A DNA stretch of 64,000 nucleotides from Candidatus Obscuribacteraceae bacterium. GTDB lineage: Bacteria; Cyanobacteriota; Vampirovibrionia; Obscuribacterales; Obscuribacteraceae. Each line of letters opens with the position of its first letter. Position 1 is the first letter of the stretch. The stretch is from contig JBGAHS010000001.1 in the NCBI GenBank assembly GCA_044226015.1, positions 800,001 through 864,000 of the forward strand, written 5' to 3'. The translations under genes were made by a program, and so were the position numbers. Under the pieces are notes generated by a model. That model had not been told where the DNA came from, did no database searches, and saw only the letters and a program-made list of their open reading frames with translations. Shown here piece after piece: positions 1-9,252 of the stretch.

Positions 1-929
1 ATATAGCCATTCTCAAAGTCAAGTCAGGCGAAGTCAAAAATGGGAAACCTCTTGAAGTAGGCAGCGTTGAGTCGTTGAATCCCGATGATAAAGTTGTAGC
101 ACTGTCATATCCTGCTGAGCTTGACTCGAAAAATCCTTATCTCTCAACTGGTTATGTTAGAGGTGTAGAGGTTCCGATGGAATTGCTCACCCACATTGAC
201 CCTTCGGTTCCAGAAGTCATTGGGAAGAACATGCAGAGCATACATAATCGAGAAATTCTTGAGGAGGCAAGATCATTCTTCATGCAGCCTCTGCTGGCTA
301 CCAAGCTTCACATTGAAGCTGGCGGTGGGGGTGCGCCGGTTCTAGACAAGGATGGCAAAGCCGTTGGCTTTGTTGCTATGAGCGATGTAAGTCACGCTGT
401 AAGCGGAGAGACGCTGGTAGCTCCAGCCGAGTACATAAAAGGTCTTAAATCAGATAGTTCGAAATTTGAATTCAAATATTCCGCGCATGCTGCGCCCTGG
501 GCAGAAAGATATCTTTCTGATTGGCGAGATGATAAAACTGCAGCGTTGACAAACACTGCTATGGTAGCGGGCGCCGGCTTCTTGGGCTACTATGCTGGAA
601 TGCGCTACCCAACGGTAGCTACCGCTTTGCTGGGTGGCTATGGAATTACTAGATTAGGTGCGGATCTTAGCCGTTTGATGCAAGCTACCGATTCAGCAGA
701 TACGACAAAATACGGCTTGGCCGCAGCTAGCGACCTCGGCACCATTGGCGGTGCTGCGATGACTCTGGTTCCTCGTCTCAAGCCTTATGGGCTGGCGCTG
801 GCTGGAGCAAGTTTACTTGGACATGCTGCTACAGATTTCGTGCAGAATCGCTGGGTGCTTGATTCAACTACAAGGTTGCAGGGCGATCCAAAAAGACCTC
901 CATTCATGATGGATAATTTCTTGCGCTAA
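1..929 (+). CDS. 5'-truncated trypsin-like (S1) peptidase-domain protein with C-terminal hydrophobic helices; probably catalytically inactive
   Basis: Frame is open from position 3 (IAILKVKSG...), resembling the D-I/L-A-I/L-L-K motif. IEAGGGGAPVLDKDGKAVG sits where GxSGGP is expected. C-terminus has Gly/Ala-rich hydrophobic segments. Confidence 0.6.
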   Translation, partial: IAILKVKSGEVKNGKPLEVGSVESLNPDDKVVALSYPAELDSKNPYLSTGYVRGVEVPMELLTHIDPSVPEVIGKNMQSIHNREILEEARSFFMQPLLATKLHIEAGGGGAPVLDKDGKAVGFVAMSDVSHAVSGETLVAPAEYIKGLKSDSSKFEFKYSAHAAPWAERYLSDWRDDKTAALTNTAMVAGAGFLGYYAGMRYPTVATALLGGYGITRLGADLSRLMQATDSADTTKYGLAAASDLGTIGGAAMTLVPRLKPYGLALAGASLLGHAATDFVQNRWVLDSTTRLQGDPKRPPFMMDNFLR

Positions 930-1658
930 CTATTTCACTTTTCGTGATTGCATGGAATCGAGCGTTTTGGCTATGTCCCCATAGCCAGACCATGATTTTT
1001 GAATGCCCATGAGCCCTTTTTCGTACATGGTGGATGAAGCAGTTCCGGCTTCTGGATTGCTAAAGGAAGGGAATTGCGATGCCGCATCCTTTGCTGAGCT
1101 GATGCCGCCCGCCGCGAGTCCTGCAAGCCACGACTCGCCTTGTTGAATTGTTTCTGCACCTTCTGCCTGAATCTTGTTCAAAGTCAATTGCGCTTCATAT
1201 GCACCATGCTTTACAGCACTTTGAAGAAGCGTGACGCCTTTTTCCACGTTTTTCTCAATGCCGTCACCGGTGATATGCATGAGACCTAATCGGTGTTCTG
1301 CATCGTTGAACCCCTGCGAAGCTGATTTCTCCAGCCAAAATTTAGCACGCTTTGAGTCTTTTTTTGTTCCAATTCCCTTTTGATGCATTATTCCAACAAT
1401 GCACTGTGAGTAAGGACAGCCTTTTTTTGCTAACTTTTTGAATTGCTTATAGGCTCTTTTGTAGTCAGCGTTCTTTACGTGCTGATGCCCAAGGTTTAGC
1501 TCTTCCTCGCTAGATTGAGTCGAAAGAGAATTCACATTCTTAGTAGAGCTGCTTTCTTTGCTAATTTCTCCATCAGCCAACGCGACGGGTGCGGTGATGC
1601 TAGAGAGGAACAGTGCAAGCGAAACAAATAGAGAATTTCTATTGCGCATCATCGTCAA
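930..1658 (-). CDS. Secreted Sel1-like repeat protein
   Basis: Signal peptide; SLR motifs (SQCIVGIMHQKGIGTKKD, AEHRLGLMHITGDGIEKN). Confidence 0.85.
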   Translation of the reverse strand: MTMMRNRNSLFVSLALFLSSITAPVALADGEISKESSSTKNVNSLSTQSSEEELNLGHQHVKNADYKRAYKQFKKLAKKGCPYSQCIVGIMHQKGIGTKKDSKRAKFWLEKSASQGFNDAEHRLGLMHITGDGIEKNVEKGVTLLQSAVKHGAYEAQLTLNKIQAEGAETIQQGESWLAGLAAGGISSAKDAASQFPSFSNPEAGTASSTMYEKGLMGIQKSWSGYGDIAKTLDSMQSRKVK

Positions 1659-2728
1659 TCTTTCCCCAACACACGATTTGATATGTCTTCTTGCAGTTTT
1701 TCCAGCTCAGCGCGAATTAGAGTTTCTTGTCGCAGTGATATCCGTCCTGTTTTCGACATCATCACGTGCAGGTTCTTTTTCTGAGCCAATAGTCTTGAGG
1801 TAAAGGAGTCCATATCGAAGGAACCGATCTGATTTTTCTCGTGGTATTCCAGGAGATCGTTCTCAATCTTTTCCATTACTTTTATGACCGGCGTTGGAGC
1901 GGGTTTCTTGGGGTGATGCACTGCCGGTGCAAATTTTGTGTGTTCAAATTCAGGTTTTTTGAGGCCGCCATGTTCTTTCTCTGAACTTGAACCCAGTTCT
2001 CGACTCTTTGTATTTCCCGATTCGGGGCGTCTGATCCGATTATCTGTTTTGCTCAAATCGTCTCGTAAGTGAACCTTGTCACCAAAGTCTCTGTCAGTGG
2101 AGATCGAGGTATTCTTTCGATTTTTGAAGAGTACTCTGTCCACCATATCAAGGTGGACCTGTCTGATTCGTGCAAGAATGCTATCAATTTGATTATCGCC
2201 AAGCGCCAGAAACTCCTTATTAGTTTCTTCTTTAATAGCCTCTATTCTCCCGGCAATTTCAATCTTATCGTCAAAGTTAAGCGAAGATTCTTTGTTTTTG
2301 AAATCTGCATTAAGGCTGTTAACCGCAGTTTCTAGCTGCGCACGTTTTCCTAGCCCTTTCAGATTTGATTGAATTTCGCTTTCTAATTTCAAGGCAGCTT
2401 GATTGACGGTTGATGCATCTTCGCCACGAGAAAGTTCTAGTAAGGCACTCTGACGAAGGCTATATAGGCGGCTTTGAAAGTCATAGTATTCGGGCTTGCT
2501 TAGATTGTGTCCTGCTGAATTTAGCAAGTCGTCGATGCGTTGAAGAGTACCACTTGCTATTCCGTAGTTTCGGCTACTACTGACCACATTCTCTTTTGAG
2601 AAGTTATTTGATTCACTTGCCAATGCTGATTGAGCAATAAACGACAGCACAAATATTTGCAGCACAATTAAATGCTGTGCCATGATTCTTGTTTGGTAAA
2701 GGCTTTGATCCTGTCGGCTAAATTTCAA
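1655..2728 (-). CDS. Hypothetical secreted alpha-helical protein
   Basis: 357-aa ORF, AAGGAG RBS before TTG, N-terminal hydrophobic segment ending ALA; 4-bp overlap with the Sel1 gene. Confidence 0.7.
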   Translation of the reverse strand: MKFSRQDQSLYQTRIMAQHLIVLQIFVLSFIAQSALASESNNFSKENVVSSSRNYGIASGTLQRIDDLLNSAGHNLSKPEYYDFQSRLYSLRQSALLELSRGEDASTVNQAALKLESEIQSNLKGLGKRAQLETAVNSLNADFKNKESSLNFDDKIEIAGRIEAIKEETNKEFLALGDNQIDSILARIRQVHLDMVDRVLFKNRKNTSISTDRDFGDKVHLRDDLSKTDNRIRRPESGNTKSRELGSSSEKEHGGLKKPEFEHTKFAPAVHHPKKPAPTPVIKVMEKIENDLLEYHEKNQIGSFDMDSFTSRLLAQKKNLHVMMSKTGRISLRQETLIRAELEKLQEDISNRVLGKD

Positions 2729-2783
2729 TATACAAACTCCTTAGCTCTTATTCTAGAGCAGAGTTGCAAGATTTGTAAGCGCT

Positions 2784-5700
2784 TCAATTCTTGCGTCTGG
2801 TCGGAGCCAGGTCAGCACCGAATAACTTGAGCATAGCCGGTATCATAACCAGCGTCAGGGTTGTAGAGCTAACCATGCCGCCCAGTATCACGATTGCCAG
2901 AGGTTGCTCAAGTTCTCGACCTGCCCCTCCCAGGACTGCAATAGGTAATACCCCAAGAGCTGCTGTCAAAGCTGTCATCAATACAGGGCTCAGTCTATCC
3001 AGAGCACTTGCCATAATGATGCCATCGTAGTCTGCCGCGGCTCCGCTGAGAAGGTCATTGAAGTGGGTCACTAGCATGATGCCGTTTCTGGTCGATATAC
3101 CAAATAAGGTGATGAACCCGACCATTGAACCAACGCTGATGACTGCACCCGAGAATAGAACTGCCCAGATTCCTCCAATTAGCGCAAACGGTAAGTTTGC
3201 CATGATGAGCACTGCAGCGCGCGCAGATTTGAAAGCTAGCGTTAAGAGCAAAAGCATGCCTATTAATGAAATGACCGCCAGGATGGAAAGTTGTTTTGTA
3301 GCAGCTTCTTGAGCTTCGAATTGACCGCCATAAACCACATAGTTGCCCACGGGGAGCTTTACTTGAGTTGCTATCTTTGTTCTGGCTTCATCGATTACAC
3401 TGCCGAGGTCTCGTCCTGAGACATTAGCCTGAATCACTACTCGCCTTGAAATGTTTTCGTGGCTGATTGTGTTGGGGCTGCTGCCTTCAGAAATTTTTGC
3501 CAGTGATGAAAGGGGGACTCTGGCACCGGTTGGCGTGTCAATGAGAAGTGATTGCATCACTTCTATTCTGTTTCTATATTCGGGTTTTAGCCAGACGTAA
3601 ATATCGAAAGTCTTCTGCCCCTCGATGACCTGGGCAACCGCGACGCCTTTGAAAGCTGCTTCTATAGATGTGGACAGGTCCTTCACCGTGATACCATATC
3701 TGGCGGCATTTGCCCTGTTCATTTTGATTGAAATTTGTGGAACCGGAATAATTGGCTCGACGTGGACGTCGACAGCACCTGATACGGATGAGAGAACCTT
3801 TTCGATTTCCAGTGCCTTGGAATGTAACTCTTCCAGGTCTGTTCCAAACAGCTTAATTGCTATAGCAGCATTAATGCCTGAGAGTGCGTGGTCCATTCGG
3901 TGCTGAAGATATGAGCCTGAGTCTGTAATCAGCCCGGGAACATGCGCAAACTCATGTCTTACGTGATAAAGAACATCCTTTTTTAGTTTGCTTTCGGGTT
4001 TGAGTCGAATGTCGTACTCACTAAAATTACTTGCACCATAGTCCTCTCCACCTTCAGCCCTTCCCGCTCTCTGGCTTGCAGCCAGTACGTCATGTCGTTT
4101 CAAAAAGTGTGAGAGCAGTTCCCTTCCAATGCTTGTAGTTGTGGATAAGCTGGTGCCAGGCATCGAGGTGCTTACGACTATCAAATTGTTTTCATCGAAT
4201 TGAGGCAAAAACTCGCTTCCTAGAACAAATAGGGGCACGAGTGAGCAAATAAACAAGCCCGCCCCGCAGGCAAGTATGCTCTTTGGATGTTCGAGGCTGA
4301 GTTTGACTACGGGTTTGTACGCGGACTTCAGAAGCTCTACGAGTTTACTTTCTTTGTCAGCAATCTGGCGCGGATACCTGAGCAAGAAATAGCAAAGTGC
4401 AGGTGTCACGGTGAGCGCCACCGCTAGTGATGACATTAAAGCAAGTAAGTAGGCAACTGCCAGAGGTCCGAAAATTTTTCCTTCAAGCCCACCCAGCGAA
4501 AGCACTGGCAAGAAGACTAGCGCTACTATGAATGTCGCGTAAACCACTGCGCTGCGCACTTCTATGCATGCATTAAGTACTACTCGAAACACTGTCTCCG
4601 GTTGAGCAGACAATTTATTTTCCCGTAATCTTCGATAGACATTTTCGACATCCACGATGGCGTCGTCAACCACTTCTCCTATCGCAATAGCAAGCCCGCC
4701 CAGTGTCATCGTGTTGATGCTTAGCCCCATAATTTTGAGCAAGATGATAGCTGATAAAAGAGACAGCGGTATGGCTGTAAGCGATATGAAAGCGGTGCGC
4801 CAGTTTTGCAAGAACGCAAAGAGAATAATCACAACTAGCACGCCCCCTAGTGCTACTGCCTCAGTGACATTTCGAATTGCAACTTCAATAAAATCTGCTT
4901 GTCTGAAAGTAAGTACTTGGGCTAGATCTGGAGAGTATGTGGTCTTAAGTTCGTTCAGAACCTTTTCGAGATTCTTACTTGTCTCAAGGGTATTCGCCCA
5001 GGGCTGCTTAAACACGGTCAAGACGACTCCGGGTCTTCCATCTACAATTGCATCGCCGATTTTGAACTCCGGACCTATGTTTACGTTTGCGACGTTCTTT
5101 AGTAAAACTGGCAGCCCTTTTCGTGTAGCGATTACCGTGTCGGCGATTTCTTCCGGTGACGAGACTCTGCCGAGTCCTCGAATCAGCTCCTCTTTTTCTG
5201 TGCCCCGAAGCAATCCCCCTGCAGCATTAACGCTGCTGCCCTGAGATGCTTGCAGAACCTGGGCCAGGGATATGTCGTATTCTCTGAGTTTATCCGGGTC
5301 AACGAGCACCTGGTATTGTTTGACTTCTCCTCCAATGATGACTACGTTGGAGACACCTTGCACAGCCATGAGGCGCAATCGAAGTGTCCAATCTGCAAGT
5401 GTGCGCAAATCCATCATGCTTGTTTTGCCTGACTTGCTGTAAAGTCCAATTTTAAGAACATCGCCTGTGGCACTGGTAATCGGAGCCAGTACAGGGTTGC
5501 TCACGCCAGCCGGTAATTTATTGTTGCCTGAATGCATTACCTTTTCAGCGACTAGCTGTCGAGCTGTAAAAATGTTGGTGTCATCCTGAAAAATAATTGT
5601 TATTACGGAGAGCCCAATTGTCGAAATTGATCTGACTGTTTTTATATTTGCAGTTCCGTTCAAACTTATTTCGAGCGGGCGAGTGACGAGACTTTCAACT

Positions 5701-5879
5701 TCCTCGGGAGCGAAACCGGCTGCCTCCGTTAGCACTACAACTTGAATTGGCGCAAAGTCTGGAAAGACGTCGACTGGCATCAATGCTGCCGTGTAAATGC
5801 CATAAAACAACAGCAGTAAGGAGAGGATGTTAACAATCCATCTATTTGCTAGTGACCACTTTATGATTCCGTTGAGCAT
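2784..5879 (-). CDS. czcA: Heavy-metal efflux RND permease, CzcA/CusA family
   Basis: 1031 aa; VDVFPD, GLAIAIGEVVDDAIVDVEN (TM4), RLSPVLMTA and PLAIVILGG motifs. Confidence 0.93.
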   Translation of the reverse strand: MLNGIIKWSLANRWIVNILSLLLLFYGIYTAALMPVDVFPDFAPIQVVVLTEAAGFAPEEVESLVTRPLEISLNGTANIKTVRSISTIGLSVITIIFQDDTNIFTARQLVAEKVMHSGNNKLPAGVSNPVLAPITSATGDVLKIGLYSKSGKTSMMDLRTLADWTLRLRLMAVQGVSNVVIIGGEVKQYQVLVDPDKLREYDISLAQVLQASQGSSVNAAGGLLRGTEKEELIRGLGRVSSPEEIADTVIATRKGLPVLLKNVANVNIGPEFKIGDAIVDGRPGVVLTVFKQPWANTLETSKNLEKVLNELKTTYSPDLAQVLTFRQADFIEVAIRNVTEAVALGGVLVVIILFAFLQNWRTAFISLTAIPLSLLSAIILLKIMGLSINTMTLGGLAIAIGEVVDDAIVDVENVYRRLRENKLSAQPETVFRVVLNACIEVRSAVVYATFIVALVFLPVLSLGGLEGKIFGPLAVAYLLALMSSLAVALTVTPALCYFLLRYPRQIADKESKLVELLKSAYKPVVKLSLEHPKSILACGAGLFICSLVPLFVLGSEFLPQFDENNLIVVSTSMPGTSLSTTTSIGRELLSHFLKRHDVLAASQRAGRAEGGEDYGASNFSEYDIRLKPESKLKKDVLYHVRHEFAHVPGLITDSGSYLQHRMDHALSGINAAIAIKLFGTDLEELHSKALEIEKVLSSVSGAVDVHVEPIIPVPQISIKMNRANAARYGITVKDLSTSIEAAFKGVAVAQVIEGQKTFDIYVWLKPEYRNRIEVMQSLLIDTPTGARVPLSSLAKISEGSSPNTISHENISRRVVIQANVSGRDLGSVIDEARTKIATQVKLPVGNYVVYGGQFEAQEAATKQLSILAVISLIGMLLLLTLAFKSARAAVLIMANLPFALIGGIWAVLFSGAVISVGSMVGFITLFGISTRNGIMLVTHFNDLLSGAAADYDGIIMASALDRLSPVLMTALTAALGVLPIAVLGGAGRELEQPLAIVILGGMVSSTTLTLVMIPAMLKLFGADLAPTRRKN

Positions 5880-7396
5880 TATTTACCTTCAGGCTTTTTG
5901 CTAACGCGAATCATGATGATGGCGAATATTGCGATTATGATAGCTGCACCCAGCCCGAGACCGAAGCCCATCACTAATTCCGCTTTGGAGCTGACTGGCG
6001 CGCTTTCTTCGTGTTCATGCTGCACATGGGCATCATGCTTTTCGCCTTCGTGTTCTTCTTCCTCACCTGCCTTTAAAATCGATTGTGCCATCAATTGTGT
6101 TCCGCCAGATGACACCACAAGCTGCCCCGGCTTCATTCCTGCTATCACTTGAACCTGCCCGCCGGCTTTGTTTCCCAGGGTAAGTTCGCAAGGGATAAAA
6201 TCACTTTCGGACTTTTCATAAATGTATGCAAAAGGACGCTCTTTGTAATAAACAACGGCTGATTCTGGAATCAGCATTCCCGATTCTTTACTTTCGCCAA
6301 GAATAATTTCTGCCGTGACGAACATTCCAGGACGCAGCGTCTCGTGCTCGTTGTTTGTGATTATTCTTACGTCGAGAGTCTTGGTAATTGAATCTACAAT
6401 GGTACCAATTGAGGAAATCGATCCCTGTAATTTCTCTTTGGAGGGTGTTTCTAGCAACACTGGCTGCCCGGTTTTTATGCGCGGAATTTGCTCCTGATAT
6501 ATATCCACCAGCACCCAGATTGGTGAGAGGTTGACTATGGAAAAAATGCTTTTGCTGGGATCTACTCGTTCTCCCAGGGTTATCTGTCTGCTGACGACGC
6601 ATCCACTTACAGGCGCTCTAATTGAAAGATTTGGATCGACCGTACCTTTGTCCATTGCAGCTTCGATATCATCGTTGGCAACTCCGACTATTTTAAGTTG
6701 TCCTCTAGCGGTCTCTGTTGTAACTGCTAGTTGCTTCGAGAGTAAGATGTTTTCCTGTTCTGCCCTCTGTTTCAGCGAAGCTAATTTCACAGATGCTGTA
6801 TCGAATGCATTTTTTGTTTCCTGGAAAGTCTTACGAGCTGTGATGCCTAATTTCAACAATGACTCATCGCGCTCTAATGTTGTTTTTGCAAGGGCAGCCT
6901 GATTCTCTTGAATTGCAATATCTGCTGCGTATTGAGTTTTGACACGGGCCATTTCTGCTGCAATTTTGGTGCGCTCACTGAGCAATTGCGTCAAGCTGTT
7001 TGCTACTTCTACGCTCTGAATGACAGCGAGTTCTTGCCCTTCGTGTACGATGTCTCCTTGCTTCACAAGAACTTGTTTTACCACTCCGCTAATAGTCGGT
7101 GTTACATTGAAAGCCCTTGTCTGGTCAGCCTGAACATCTCCCGTTGCCCTTAGCGATTCTTTCAGTTTGGCTAAAACAACTGGCACTGTGTGGATATTGA
7201 GAGCCCTGATTCCTTGCTCATCAACTTTCAAAGTTTGAGGGCCCGCACTGTTGTTATCAACGAATTTCTCGTTGTCACCGCTGTGTGCCCATGTGCATAA
7301 CGGTAGTCCGAAGCTCATGCAGAGGAGCAGGCTTGAAACAATCTTATTCAATTGCAACTTAGAAAAACGCAAAGCAATAATCCTTATTCGAATCAA
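5879..7396 (-). CDS. RND efflux periplasmic adaptor (CzcB/CusB-like) with His-rich tail and C-terminal TM segment
   Basis: Lipoyl-like halves (SGVVKQVLVKQGDIV; IRAPVSG), LRPGMFV, directly upstream of the RND permease. Confidence 0.9.
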   Translation of the reverse strand: MIRIRIIALRFSKLQLNKIVSSLLLCMSFGLPLCTWAHSGDNEKFVDNNSAGPQTLKVDEQGIRALNIHTVPVVLAKLKESLRATGDVQADQTRAFNVTPTISGVVKQVLVKQGDIVHEGQELAVIQSVEVANSLTQLLSERTKIAAEMARVKTQYAADIAIQENQAALAKTTLERDESLLKLGITARKTFQETKNAFDTASVKLASLKQRAEQENILLSKQLAVTTETARGQLKIVGVANDDIEAAMDKGTVDPNLSIRAPVSGCVVSRQITLGERVDPSKSIFSIVNLSPIWVLVDIYQEQIPRIKTGQPVLLETPSKEKLQGSISSIGTIVDSITKTLDVRIITNNEHETLRPGMFVTAEIILGESKESGMLIPESAVVYYKERPFAYIYEKSESDFIPCELTLGNKAGGQVQVIAGMKPGQLVVSSGGTQLMAQSILKAGEEEEHEGEKHDAHVQHEHEESAPVSSKAELVMGFGLGLGAAIIIAIFAIIMIRVSKKPEGK

Positions 7397-7418
7397 ACGT
7401 CGACCCTACGACGCAAGT

Positions 7419-7868
7419 TCAAATAAGAAGTGTTCGTTTTGCTAGATAAGTCTTTGTGCCAGGCTGTGTTTCTGGCGGTGGAGCGCGCGATGAATTGACA
7501 GAAATCGGTTTCTTGTCCTTGAATTCTGAAAGAAAATCGAACGTCTGTTTTGCTGCCGCATCGAACAAATTCTCATTTGCATCGACTGTGTTGATTGTGA
7601 CCAGGTCAGGTGAGTTGAAACAGTCAGCGCAACAATCATCTTTGCAAATACTCATGGATTGGCTCGCAGAAGAAACCGATTGCTCGTTGCTGAGTTCTGA
7701 TAACAGGTTTTGTTTTTCAAACTCAGCGTGTATTTGCGTCAATTTTTTCTGTAGCAGAGGATTGGCGAGACCCTGGCATTCGTCATTTTCAGAGCACATG
7801 CAGCTTGCTTGTCCAGCGCCGAAGCTAAACAAGAAAATGATATTCAAAACTATTGTCAGAAATCTCAA
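7419..7868 (-). CDS. Cys-rich exported leader protein with CxxC and RAPP motif (DUF2946/CruR- or CzcI-like)
   Basis: N-terminal hydrophobic segment, CMC, CKDDCCADC, SSRAPPP near the C-terminus; first gene of the efflux operon. Confidence 0.7.
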   Translation of the reverse strand: MRFLTIVLNIIFLFSFGAGQASCMCSENDECQGLANPLLQKKLTQIHAEFEKQNLLSELSNEQSVSSASQSMSICKDDCCADCFNSPDLVTINTVDANENLFDAAAKQTFDFLSEFKDKKPISVNSSRAPPPETQPGTKTYLAKRTLLI

Positions 7869-7994
7869 AATCAGCTCGTACTCAGTTTTTGCCCTATGAC
7901 CTAATCATATCTTCTTCCCAACCCAATTGGAAATGAATCAGGCGAACAGCTGATAATTGCGTCAGCTTCGCAGTAATTAGGGTGCAAAAAAGCA

Positions 7995-9224
7995 CTATTT
8001 CGATTGACTGTCAGAGCCAGCCACTTGATTGTCTTTTGTTTTCTGGGCTTCGGTGCTGGCATCAGTTGCTGGCTCAGATGCACTCGCTTCTTTTGCTGGC
8101 TTTGGTCCATCCGTAGTTATATCGGTGCTGGCCGGAGCTTCGCTTGCTGCTGTAGAACTGGAATTGACCGTTGCCGGTAGTTCGACGTCTTTTACTGCTG
8201 CGCTCTTTCCACCGTCTGTGTTTACGGGATTTTCTGTGTTTTCGCTTTTGCCATTTGCTGTGCCTGAGTTGCTCGATTCGCTCTGGCTTGCTTGAGCCGT
8301 ACTATCTGTCTTGCTGGACTTATCTTTGCTGCTTTCGCCTTCTTTTTCCGCCGTGTCAGTGCTTGCTGTCGCTGGCTGTGGTTTGCCGCTAGCAGCCGCA
8401 AGAACTGACTCCATGTAAGGTTTGAATTCAGCTTCTTTTGCAATCTTTTCGCAAATTTCTTTCACACGAGGGTGTTGCTTGATGTTGCTGATGATCGACC
8501 AGCGAGCGCTGCTAGCAATCATCATTTTTGCAAGATCTTTTGAACCTTGTTTCGACCAGGTCAGAGTGCTGGCAAGTCGTCGTACGTACTTTTCATCACC
8601 GGTAGCGCAGAAACAAGCCCAGAGCATGTCTAGCAAATCTGGAGATTCTATCTCCATTTTGTCAATTTCCTGTGCTGAAGAGTCGATTTGTTTGTGAAAT
8701 TCAGCTTTAGCCTTGTCGGGCAAATTTGCTGCTATGGCATCGAGGACTTCTTTTGACTCCTTAGTGTTTGACCACCACATCGCAGTCAAAACAAGAGTTT
8801 TACTGCTGTTACTTATTGGAGCCAGTTGCAGGTACCAATCGCGGACTTTGCTTGGATTTTGGGCCATCACGCGACTAGCAAAAGCTTGCATCGGTGGTGC
8901 GGCATCGCCCTGAAGAAGACCCTGCTTATCGGCTAAAAGAAGTGCTGCCACTAGTAGGTCTGGTTGAGGGTGCAGATAGTAATAGGTCATCCACCTGTTC
9001 AGTGCGTCGACATTCACCATGTCTTTGAGGTCAACTGGCTTGCTTGCCTCTTTCAAATCAATGCTGTTAGTTGACGTGCTAGTAGCTTTGCTGCCAGCAT
9101 CATCGCTTGCTTTTGAATCATTCTTGCTCTTTTTTGCTAGCGCATCCGGTGCAACGAAAACATTGCCAAAAAGACTCAGAACTACTGCGCCGATGGTTAG
9201 TGAATTAGCTAGTTTCATTTTCAA
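7995..9224 (-). CDS. Secreted hypothetical protein with helical core and low-complexity Ser/Thr/Ala/Lys/Glu tail
   Basis: 409-aa ORF with signal peptide. Confidence 0.75.
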   Translation of the reverse strand: MKMKLANSLTIGAVVLSLFGNVFVAPDALAKKSKNDSKASDDAGSKATSTSTNSIDLKEASKPVDLKDMVNVDALNRWMTYYYLHPQPDLLVAALLLADKQGLLQGDAAPPMQAFASRVMAQNPSKVRDWYLQLAPISNSSKTLVLTAMWWSNTKESKEVLDAIAANLPDKAKAEFHKQIDSSAQEIDKMEIESPDLLDMLWACFCATGDEKYVRRLASTLTWSKQGSKDLAKMMIASSARWSIISNIKQHPRVKEICEKIAKEAEFKPYMESVLAAASGKPQPATASTDTAEKEGESSKDKSSKTDSTAQASQSESSNSGTANGKSENTENPVNTDGGKSAAVKDVELPATVNSSSTAASEAPASTDITTDGPKPAKEASASEPATDASTEAQKTKDNQVAGSDSQSK

Positions 9225-9252
9225 CCTTCTGTTTTGCCGAATTAAATACGCG

